From an uncultured Actinomycetes bacterium (GTDB lineage: Bacteria > Actinomycetota > Thermoleophilia > UBA2241), in contig CAVRZA010000004.1 in assembly GCA_963725665.1 (NCBI GenBank), positions 1 to 64,000 on the forward strand: a stretch of DNA of 64,000 nucleotides. Reading direction: 5' to 3'. This document shows, piece after piece, positions 9,423 to 17,529 of the stretch; the first letter of the stretch is position 1; every line of letters starts with the position of its first letter. The position numbers and the translations under genes are program-made. The notes under the pieces are model-generated. The model searched no databases. It saw only the letters and a program-made list of their open reading frames with translations, and had not been told where the DNA came from.

Positions 9423-11471
9423 ATGCCGCCGTCTGGGGGAGTCGAGTACGCGGCGCGGCCGCAATGGCGGCCGGGAAGGCCCAGACTGCGCCCAATTCGC
9501 CTGCTCGTCCAGTGGTTCACCAGCGCGCTCGCTCTGTATGTCGCCGCGCTGCTCGTGCCGGGCGTGACCGTCGAGAGCGCGCTCGGCGCCCTGGGCGCGG
9601 CGGCGCTCATCGCGGTGCTCAACGCCTTCCTGCCGCCGCTCATCGCCGCGCTGCGGCTGCCGTACATGCTGGCCGTTGGCTTTCTGCTCATCCTCATCCT
9701 CGACGCCTGGATGGTGATGTTGGCCGCCGAGTCGTCCAACAGCACGTTCGCCGTGGACTCGTTCTTCTGGGCGCTCGTGACGGCGATCGTGGCGACGGCC
9801 GTCACCGTGGCACTCGAGATAGTGCTCGGCACCAACGACGACGACGTCTATGCGCTGCGCGTCGTCCAGCGCATCGCCAGGCGGTCGCGCGACCGAGTGG
9901 TCACCGACACGCCCGGCATCATCTACCTTGAGATCGATGGGCTGGCGCGGCCGGTGCTGCAGCGCGCCATGCGCGACGGGCATGCGCCCGAGATGGCGCG
10001 CTGGATCGCCGGCGGCTCCCATCGCCTCGCCGAATGGGAGACGGACCTGTCGTCACAGACCGGGGCGTCCCAGGCGGGGCTGTTGATGGGATCTAACGAC
10101 GACATACCCGCCTTCCGCTGGGTCGAGAAAGAATCGGGCCGGACCATGACCTGCTCCGCCCCGCCGGACTGCGCCCTCATCGAGGAGCGCCACTCGACCG
10201 GGAACGGGCTGCTTGCGGCCGGCGGCGCTAGCCGCAGCAACCTCCTGTCGGGCGAGGCCGACCACGTGATCCTCACCGTCAGTCGCATCGAGGCCGAGAA
10301 GAAGGCCAATCCCGGGTACCGCGCCTATCTGGCGAACGGTTACAACATCACCCGCACGCTCGTGCTGTTCTTCTACGAGCTCGCGCTGGAGTGGTCGGCG
10401 GCGGCGAAGGCAAACCGCCGCGATGTGCGGCCGCGCGGGCATCGGTCCCTGAAGTACGGGTTCGTGCGCGCCGGCCTGGCGGTCTTCGTGCGCGACCTCA
10501 CCGTCTTCAGCGTCATCAGCGACATGATGAAGGGTGTGCCGGCCGTGTACGCGTGCTTTGCCGGCTATGACGAGGTCGCGCACCACTCGGGTCTGGAGCG
10601 CGCAGACACGATGGAGGTGCTGCGCAAGATCGACCAGCAGTTCGGCCGCATCGCGCGGGCGCACGAGTACGCGGCGCGGCCTTACGAGATCGTCGTGCTC
10701 TCCGATCACGGCCAGACCCAGGGGGCCACCTTCAGGCAGCGCAACGGCTACGGCCTCGACGAGCTGGTGGAGCGCAACCTTGGGGTGGGCACCGTCTCAC
10801 GGTTGCAGGCCGGCGACGAGAACGACACCGCCGTCGGCAAGGCGCTGCGCGAGGCCACCGGCCGCAAGCAGAAGGCGGCCGCGAAGAACGATGTAAGCGG
10901 CCGCCAGGTCGTGGTGCTGGGCTCGGGCAATCTCGGTCTCGTGTACCTCATGGAGGAAGCGCGCCGGCTCACGCTGGAGGAGATCGAGGAGCGGCATCCC
11001 GCTCTGATCCCGGCACTGCGCGAGCATCGCCACATCGGCTGGCTGCTCGTGCACTCGGCTGAGCACGGCGCCGTGGCGCTGGGCGCCGACGGCGGCCACT
11101 ACCTCGCCGAGAGCCGCGTAGACGGCGAGGATCCCTTGGCGCCCTTCTCATCCACGGCGGCGGGCCACCTCATGCGCACGGACGGCTTCGGGCACGTCGC
11201 CGACATCATGGTCAACAGCTTCTATGACGAGCAGCTTGACGAGGGTTGCGCCTTCGAGGAGCTCATCTCCTTCCACGGCGGCATGGGCGGGCCGCAGACC
11301 AGGCCGTTCCTGCTGCATCCGGCTCGCCTGCCCCTGCCCGACGGCGCGATCGTCGGTGCCGAGGCGGCGCACGATGTGCTGATGGGCTGGCGCCGCCTGT
11401 TGCAGGGCGGTGGGGAAGCGGCTGAGGTGCCGCAGCGGCTTGTCGAGCAGGAGGGCGAGCCGGTCGTCTAG
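9423..11471 (+). CDS. Fusion of a 4-TM phage-holin-like membrane domain and an alkaline phosphatase/type I phosphodiesterase superfamily domain
   Basis: Four hydrophobic N-terminal helices, then IDGL, SQTGASQ, YDEVAHHSG, LSDHGQ and HGGMGG metal-binding motifs. Confidence 0.8.
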   Translation: MPPSGGVEYAARPQWRPGRPRLRPIRLLVQWFTSALALYVAALLVPGVTVESALGALGAAALIAVLNAFLPPLIAALRLPYMLAVGFLLILILDAWMVMLAAESSNSTFAVDSFFWALVTAIVATAVTVALEIVLGTNDDDVYALRVVQRIARRSRDRVVTDTPGIIYLEIDGLARPVLQRAMRDGHAPEMARWIAGGSHRLAEWETDLSSQTGASQAGLLMGSNDDIPAFRWVEKESGRTMTCSAPPDCALIEERHSTGNGLLAAGGASRSNLLSGEADHVILTVSRIEAEKKANPGYRAYLANGYNITRTLVLFFYELALEWSAAAKANRRDVRPRGHRSLKYGFVRAGLAVFVRDLTVFSVISDMMKGVPAVYACFAGYDEVAHHSGLERADTMEVLRKIDQQFGRIARAHEYAARPYEIVVLSDHGQTQGATFRQRNGYGLDELVERNLGVGTVSRLQAGDENDTAVGKALREATGRKQKAAAKNDVSGRQVVVLGSGNLGLVYLMEEARRLTLEEIEERHPALIPALREHRHIGWLLVHSAEHGAVALGADGGHYLAESRVDGEDPLAPFSSTAAGHLMRTDGFGHVADIMVNSFYDEQLDEGCAFEELISFHGGMGGPQTRPFLLHPARLPLPDGAIVGAEAAHDVLMGWRRLLQGGGEAAEVPQRLVEQEGEPVV

Positions 11472-11517
11472 CCGGTAGGGGGCCGGGACCTCCTCACGTC
11501 ACCTTAGTACCTGACCC

Positions 11518-12331
11518 TCACCTGTCGTTGCGCGGCTTTGCTGACGGCACCTCAAACCCCGCCCCGGGCTCGATCACGCGCACTTCGACCTGCGGTGCCA
11601 GGTGTGCCGCGTAGCGCGCGAAGGCGCGTGGGCGCAGAGTCTTCCGCCCGCGCCACACCTCGGGGAGGCCAGGAGGGTAGTAGGTGCCCCAATGAATGGG
11701 GACTGCTAGGCGCGGCTCGAGGAGGGTGAGTGCCTTCGCCGCGGTGAGCGGGCTCAGATGGTCGTCGGGCAGCCGCGGCCCCCACCCGTCGATGGGAAGG
11801 CAGGCGACATCGAGGGCGGGCGCGAGATCCGCCATCCCCTCGAAGAGCCCGGTGTCACCGGGCGACGTAGATGGTGCGCTGTCCGCCGACGATGAACCCG
11901 AGGGCCTCGCCTGCGCGACTCGCGGGGCGGCGGCGACCGGAGTGATAGGCCTCGGTGGCCGTCACTCGGAGTGGTCCGATCGCAAACTCCGCCCCCCGCG
12001 ACATGCCGACAAGGTTCCCGAAGCCGCGGCGCCGGAGGATCGTGACGCCGTGCTCGGGCACGAGGATCGCCGGTTCGCCACCCAGGAGGTGCAGCGAGGC
12101 GACGTCGAGGTGGTCCATGTGGAGATGTGAGATAAGCACTGCGTCGATGTCGCGTAGCGCCGCCCTGTCGGGCAGCGGGCCGCGGCGCAGCAGCGGCCCG
12201 AGCCAGCGGCGCAGCACGGGGTCGACCAGCAGGCGCATCCCGCCCATCTCGATGAGCACCGTGCCGTGACCGACGTAGGTGAGCCGCGGCACCTTATCCA
12301 CAGTGCCCTCGGGTGTCGGCGTCCCGTTCAC
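11518..12331 (-). CDS. MBL-fold metallo-hydrolase (UlaG/NAPE-PLD-like), frameshift near 11862
   Basis: YVGHGTVLI and SHLHMDHLD in the 5' frame; YVA/GDTG broken by one base; LPIDGWGP and IHWGTY in the 3' frame. Confidence 0.82.
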
Positions 12332-12340
12332 GCTCCTGGC

Positions 12341-12988
12341 CTACGCATTTCCCCAGCTGCGCACCCGGTAGACGAGGTAGATGATGAGGCCGGGGAGGGC
12401 GGAGGCGGCTATTGCAGCGGCCAGGGCGAGAGGAAGGTAGTCCTTGACCCACGCGGCCGTGCCGAACCAGTAGCCCGCGCCGACGAAGATGGTCACCCAG
12501 GACGCCGAGGCGACGGCCGCGAAGAACATGAACCGGTGGATCTCCATGCGGGCGACGCCTGCGACAAAGGGCGCGAGCGTGCGCACGATGGGAAGGAAGC
12601 GCGCGAGGACGATCGCCATGCCTCCGTGTCGTTCGTAGAAGTCGTGCGCTTGCTGGACGTGCTCGGGACGGAGGTACCGGCGTGGTTTGCCAAGCAGGCG
12701 GCGGCCGATGAAGCGACCGATGAGGTAGTTGCACAGGTCGCCGAGAAAGGCCGCCACGAAGAGCAACGGCGCCAGCGCGATGATCTCGAGAAGGCGCGCG
12801 CCGGCCAGGGTGCCGCTGGCCAGGAGCAGCGACTCACCGGGCAGGAAGGGCGCGACCACCAACCCGGTCTCGGCGAAGATCGTTGCGAAGATGGGTGCGT
12901 AAACCCAGGCGCCCCACTGCACGATGAGCGGCGCGAGATAGGCGTCCATCTGCAGGATGTACTGGAACCAGCTCTGAATGGTGTGCAC
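12341..12988 (-). CDS. DedA/VTT family membrane protein
   Basis: FAETGLVVAPFLPGESLL, GDLCNYLIG, ARFLPIVRTLAPFVAG. Confidence 0.92.
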   Translation of the reverse strand: MHTIQSWFQYILQMDAYLAPLIVQWGAWVYAPIFATIFAETGLVVAPFLPGESLLLASGTLAGARLLEIIALAPLLFVAAFLGDLCNYLIGRFIGRRLLGKPRRYLRPEHVQQAHDFYERHGGMAIVLARFLPIVRTLAPFVAGVARMEIHRFMFFAAVASASWVTIFVGAGYWFGTAAWVKDYLPLALAAAIAASALPGLIIYLVYRVRSWGNA

Positions 12989-12993
12989 GGATG

Positions 12994-14151
12994 TTAAGAC
13001 GTGATGCCGGGGAGCCCTGCTTCGGGTGAGGGTGTTGGAGATGGGCCTTTCGCCGCATCCCCGACCTGCCGGTGGAGGATGTCACGCGCTCGAAACACAG
13101 TGTGGTAGCGATCGAACAGCACGGTGATCACCGTGAACAGGAAGACGAAGAACAGCGACTTGCCCAAGTGCGCGCGTGTGTCGGTGACGCCGACCACGCG
13201 CACGAAGGCCAGTAGCAGAGCAACGATGCCGAAGTTGACCGCGAACATGCCGGCCATCTCGACCGCAACTGAGGTCCAAGTGCGGCCGCGGCGTGCGAGC
13301 CACTGGCTGACCAAGGCGTTGGTGGCCACGAAGGCGGCCACGAAGGCGAGCACGGTGATGCTCTTCACGTCGTCGCTGAGCAGGTACTGGGCGAAGATCA
13401 CGCTGATCAGGCCGGTGAGGATGACCTTCTCGAGCAGCGCGCGGTCGAAGAGCTTGTCCGTCGCCTTGACGGTGCGGTAGAGCTCGCTACCCCGGCATTC
13501 CGGGGGCAGTGGGTCGGCCTTGAGGCTCGGGTGGCGGTCACCGGGCGGAGCCTTGCGAGTCACGATCCAGTAGCCCGCGACGCCTATGATCGCGAAGACG
13601 ACGATGGCCGCCCATATCACCGCGGGATGCGCACGGAGGAAGTCGGTCATGTCCAGTTGGGCGATGTGGATCCACCACTCCTGGGGCAGCTTGATGAACA
13701 CCCAGATGAGGACGGTCGAGATGATGACCGTCCACTTGCCCATGTGAGCCCAGTTCCAGCGCAGACGCACCGCCTCGACGAAATCGAAGAAGTACTCGAA
13801 CGTGTTGGGGAAGATGAAGAGGATGGCGCGCACCTGGCTGAGCTCGAACGCGACCACGCCGACGAGGCGGTAGTAGTAGAGGAAGAAGCTCATCCTGAAC
13901 GCGTACGCGTTGGTCCAGTTGCGCATCGTCGACAGGTAGATGATGGCAAGGTAGTAGATGTCGAGTGACTTGTCGTAGGACTGGTAGCCCTCGAGTGGGA
14001 TGGCCGGGAACTGCTGGAAGATGGACTGGTCGACGGAGTCGAGGATCATGCACGCCACGGCGCCCACCAGGGGGTAGGTCGGAATGGTGAACGGCAGGAA
14101 GAGGCGGGCCCCTACGACCAGGATGACGATTGTCCATTCGGTTGCGCCCAT
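12994..14151 (-). CDS. Hypothetical multi-pass membrane protein
   Basis: 385-aa ORF with about ten hydrophobic segments and high-GC3 codon use; Asp-rich motif LDSVD..YDKSLD. Confidence 0.75.
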   Translation of the reverse strand: MGATEWTIVILVVGARLFLPFTIPTYPLVGAVACMILDSVDQSIFQQFPAIPLEGYQSYDKSLDIYYLAIIYLSTMRNWTNAYAFRMSFFLYYYRLVGVVAFELSQVRAILFIFPNTFEYFFDFVEAVRLRWNWAHMGKWTVIISTVLIWVFIKLPQEWWIHIAQLDMTDFLRAHPAVIWAAIVVFAIIGVAGYWIVTRKAPPGDRHPSLKADPLPPECRGSELYRTVKATDKLFDRALLEKVILTGLISVIFAQYLLSDDVKSITVLAFVAAFVATNALVSQWLARRGRTWTSVAVEMAGMFAVNFGIVALLLAFVRVVGVTDTRAHLGKSLFFVFLFTVITVLFDRYHTVFRARDILHRQVGDAAKGPSPTPSPEAGLPGITS

Positions 14152-14313
14152 GTCAGTCAGCCCCCTGACGCCCGGTGGCGGTCGCGTCTACCCCCTTGCG
14201 AGGCGCCGCGTCCTCGGGCACCGCGACGGGGCGGCAGGATGCCGCCCCGTCGCGTTCGCTCCTATCATCCCACGATCCCAGTCGCGGGGTCGACGCGCCA
14301 AAGGCTCCTGCGA

Positions 14314-14769
14314 CTACACGCCCCGCCGCCGCGCGCGGCGGTTCATGCCCGCCAGCGACACGGGCGAGAGCGGGCGGCCGAAGGGGTCGATGAAGACCGA
14401 GCACGATTCGGCCTTGGCGGGCAAGCTGCCCTCGAGGATGTCCACGGAGTAGGTTATGCGGTCGCCATCGAGGCCCGGGTCCTTGAGCACGACGATGGCG
14501 TCCTCAGGCGTCTCGTCGTTCGCCTCCAGGAAGGAAATAACGGCGTTGGGCGGATCCACAGCGAAGCTGTTCTCGCCCTTGCCCCACTCATCGACGAACT
14601 GCTGCGCGGTGAGATGACCCACCACACGCTTTGGGCGATCAGAGAAGAACAGCGTCGCCGGCGCCAGTCCATGGAGGGTGACCTTGTCGCCCTCCATCGT
14701 CATGTTGCGCGCCACTTGCACGAACATCGCCTCGATGTCTTCGAGCTGCTTCTCGATGTCGTCACTCAT
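14314..14769 (-). CDS. Hypothetical soluble protein (acidic, ends in RRARRR)
   Basis: ATG 14769 preceded by AAAGGA; protein-like composition (TLFFSDRPKRVVGH..DPPNAVIS..VFIDPFG). Confidence 0.75.
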   Translation of the reverse strand: MSDDIEKQLEDIEAMFVQVARNMTMEGDKVTLHGLAPATLFFSDRPKRVVGHLTAQQFVDEWGKGENSFAVDPPNAVISFLEANDETPEDAIVVLKDPGLDGDRITYSVDILEGSLPAKAESCSVFIDPFGRPLSPVSLAGMNRRARRRGV

Positions 14770-15038
14770 CGGGTTCCTTTCTGCTCTGGGTTTGCTTGTC
14801 CGTCTTGTTGGTCCTGCCTCGCGTCTCAGCCCGCCGCCTTCTGCACGTTTTGGAGAGGAATACCGGCTGGTCTGCCATGTCGGCTCCTTCGATAGCGGTC
14901 GGGGGGTGCCGGCGAGCAAGACGACGCCGGTGACCGCAAGGTTGCCTTGTCATTCTCCGCAGCGCGGGACGAAGTCAAACCACGAGGGAGCGGCACAGCC
15001 ACCGCCTCAGGCCGATCGCCTGCCGCGACAGACTGCGC

Positions 15039-16763
15039 CTATGTCGTGACCTCCTCGGGCTCGGGCGGCTTCGCTTCCCGCGCCTCGAACGCCGCCAGCG
15101 CATCCGGCACGCTGTCGAAGAAATGTCCCTTGCCTATGAGCTCGATGAGCCCGTCGCGGTCGAGCTCCGCGCGCACTGGATCGAGCACCCGACAGAGCAC
15201 CAGAGTGACCCCCCGCTGCTGCAACTCGTCGTGCATGGCACGCAGGGTCAGTGAGCCCGTGAAGTCGATGTCGTCCATGGCGTCCGCGACGACGCAGAAC
15301 CACTTGAGCGGAGGGTCGGCGCCCTCGACCAGGCCGAGGACCTCTTGGGAGAAGCGGTCGCTGTTTGCGTAGTACAGGCTCGCGCCGAAGTGGTAGACGA
15401 TGAGGCCCGGCAGGAACTCACTCTTCTCAGTGATCGGCGCGATCCGCCAGGGTTCCTCGTCGGAGGACGGGGCCAGAAGGACATCGAGCGGCCGGTAGCT
15501 GTGCCGCAGGTGGATGATGATCGACAGGAGGATGGCCAGGATGACGCCTTGCTCGACGCCGATGAAGATCACTGCGGCGGCCGTGATGAGCGCCACCCAG
15601 AACTCCACCCGCCTGTGGGCGAGGATCGTCCGCATGCCCTTGACGTCGACGAGCTCGACACCGATGAGGAACACGACGGCCGCGAGCACGGCGTTGGGCA
15701 TGTACGAAAGGGGCTTGGTGAGGAACAGGAGCACGATGATGACGACGGCGGCCATCGTCAACTGCGCCAGCTGACTCCGACCGCCGGCGTGGTCGACCAT
15801 GGCCGTCTTCGTCGGACTGCCGTTGACGACGAACGTGCCCGAGAGGCCGGCCGAGGCGTTGGCGATACCAAGGCCGATCAGATCGACGTTCTCGTCGAAG
15901 CCATCATTGAACTTGGCGGCGTAGGCGCGCGCCGTCGCGGCGCTCTGGGCGAGAATCACCACGAACAGTGAGAGTGCGGTGCCGACCAGGGCCCAGTAGT
16001 CGCCGCTCGGGATGCTCGGCCAGCCGAGGCTTGGCAGACCGCCGGGAACTGTGCCCAGCGTCGAGACGCCGTGCGCCGAGAGGTCAAAGGCCTCGCTGGC
16101 CACGATCGCGCCGACGACGGCGATGAGCGCCCAGGGGATCCGGGGGAGCAGCCGGCCGCCGAGGACGATGACCGCGATGACGGCCATCGACACGGCGAAC
16201 GTGCTCCAGCTTGCGCTGCCCATGTCCTTGAAAGCGTTGACCACATAGTCGATCGACCCACTGCCTGTCTTCGTGAGCCCGAAGAGACCGGGGAACTGCC
16301 CGCAGGCCACCTGGATGCCGACGCCGGTGAGGAACCCAATGAGCACCGTGCGCGACAGGAAGTTCGCGATGAACCCCAGCTTGAAGATGCGGGCCAGGAG
16401 GAGGAAGCCGCCGGTGATAAGCGCCAGCATGCCGGCGAGCGCTACGTATTGGGGGGACGCGACCGCCGCCATGCCGCTCAGGCCGGCGAACATGATAGCC
16501 GCCGTCGCCGAGTCGGCGCCGACGACGAGGTGGCGCGACGATCCCAGGACGGCGAAGATGATGACGGGCAGGACGAGCGTATAGAGGCCCGTGACCACGG
16601 GCATGCCGGCGATGTTCGCGTAGCCCATGACCTCGGGGATGGCCAGACAGGCTAGCGTGATGCCGGCGATGACTTCGGTGGGCACCCGCTTGCGTTCAAC
16701 GGGACGTATCCCTTCGAGCACGGGGAAACGTCGCGGCGCGCGGGGGGCAGCTGTCGTTGCCAT
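15039..16763 (-). CDS. SulP family anion permease with STAS domain
   Basis: AGITLACLAIPEVMGYA, GSSRHLVVGADSA, VVNGSPTKT, DIDFTG; GGAGGAG RBS. Confidence 0.92.
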   Translation of the reverse strand: MATTAAPRAPRRFPVLEGIRPVERKRVPTEVIAGITLACLAIPEVMGYANIAGMPVVTGLYTLVLPVIIFAVLGSSRHLVVGADSATAAIMFAGLSGMAAVASPQYVALAGMLALITGGFLLLARIFKLGFIANFLSRTVLIGFLTGVGIQVACGQFPGLFGLTKTGSGSIDYVVNAFKDMGSASWSTFAVSMAVIAVIVLGGRLLPRIPWALIAVVGAIVASEAFDLSAHGVSTLGTVPGGLPSLGWPSIPSGDYWALVGTALSLFVVILAQSAATARAYAAKFNDGFDENVDLIGLGIANASAGLSGTFVVNGSPTKTAMVDHAGGRSQLAQLTMAAVVIIVLLFLTKPLSYMPNAVLAAVVFLIGVELVDVKGMRTILAHRRVEFWVALITAAAVIFIGVEQGVILAILLSIIIHLRHSYRPLDVLLAPSSDEEPWRIAPITEKSEFLPGLIVYHFGASLYYANSDRFSQEVLGLVEGADPPLKWFCVVADAMDDIDFTGSLTLRAMHDELQQRGVTLVLCRVLDPVRAELDRDGLIELIGKGHFFDSVPDALAAFEAREAKPPEPEEVTT

Positions 16764-16992
16764 GCTCCTCCCTTCGTCCGGGCGGCCGGGCGCTATCAGC
16801 GCCCGGCCGCCCCAGTCTTTGGTCTCGACCGACCTGAGCCCCGGACGCTGCGGTCCGGGGATTGCGTGATGTTTTTGCAGGCTGATCCCTGACGTCTGCG
16901 GCGGCGCTCACGACGGCGCGTAGCGCCGCCGCCCCCATCCGTCCCCAGACCTATCCTTCGTGTCTTCGTGTCGCGCTGGCCCGAGGGCGGCA

Positions 16993-17505
16993 TCAGCCGG
17001 CCTGCTCGGCCATCTTCTTCTGGGCGTCGGCGAGGGCGGCCTTCAGTGCCTTGACGTGCCTCCCCTCAGCCTCACCGACGACCTTCTTGATGGCCCGGGT
17101 CACGGCCGGCTCGACCTTCTGTGCCTGGGCGTGCTTGTAGACGACGATGAGACCGCCACCGCCGATCGGGATCGTCTCGCCGGCGGCCTTCTCGATCTTG
17201 CTTTCGGTCTTCCTGTGGAGCGCCTCTCCCGCGCCGGCGCCGATCACCGCCCCGACCGCGGTCGCGGCCAGCAGGGGCGGTGCGAACAGACCCACCGCGA
17301 ACCCGATCGCGCCCAGGCCCTCTGCACCCTCTCTGACCATGTGGTCCGTCTGCTCGACCGACAGGTTGCCTTCGAGGTCCTTGCTGACCACGACGGCGCC
17401 CTCCAAGCGCGCCCCACAATGAAGAACGGACTCGTAGTCCTCGTGAGCGGCCTCGGCCGACAGGTACCCACCGATCAAGACGTCCGTCGCCTTGTCAGAT
17501 GTCAT
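16993..17505 (-). CDS. DUF1269-like membrane protein
   Basis: GAVVVSKDLEG followed by a Gly/Ala-rich hydrophobic hairpin (GLFAPPLLAATAVGAVIGAGAG); GAGGAG RBS. Confidence 0.75.
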   Translation of the reverse strand: MTSDKATDVLIGGYLSAEAAHEDYESVLHCGARLEGAVVVSKDLEGNLSVEQTDHMVREGAEGLGAIGFAVGLFAPPLLAATAVGAVIGAGAGEALHRKTESKIEKAAGETIPIGGGGLIVVYKHAQAQKVEPAVTRAIKKVVGEAEGRHVKALKAALADAQKKMAEQAG

Positions 17506-17529
17506 GGCTTGCTCCTCCTCTGGCCAACG

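Noticed and set aside
9423-9840. Holin-like domain as evidence of a prophage
   Set aside because: It is fused to a phosphodiesterase domain, and no capsid, terminase, integrase or endolysin genes occur in the window
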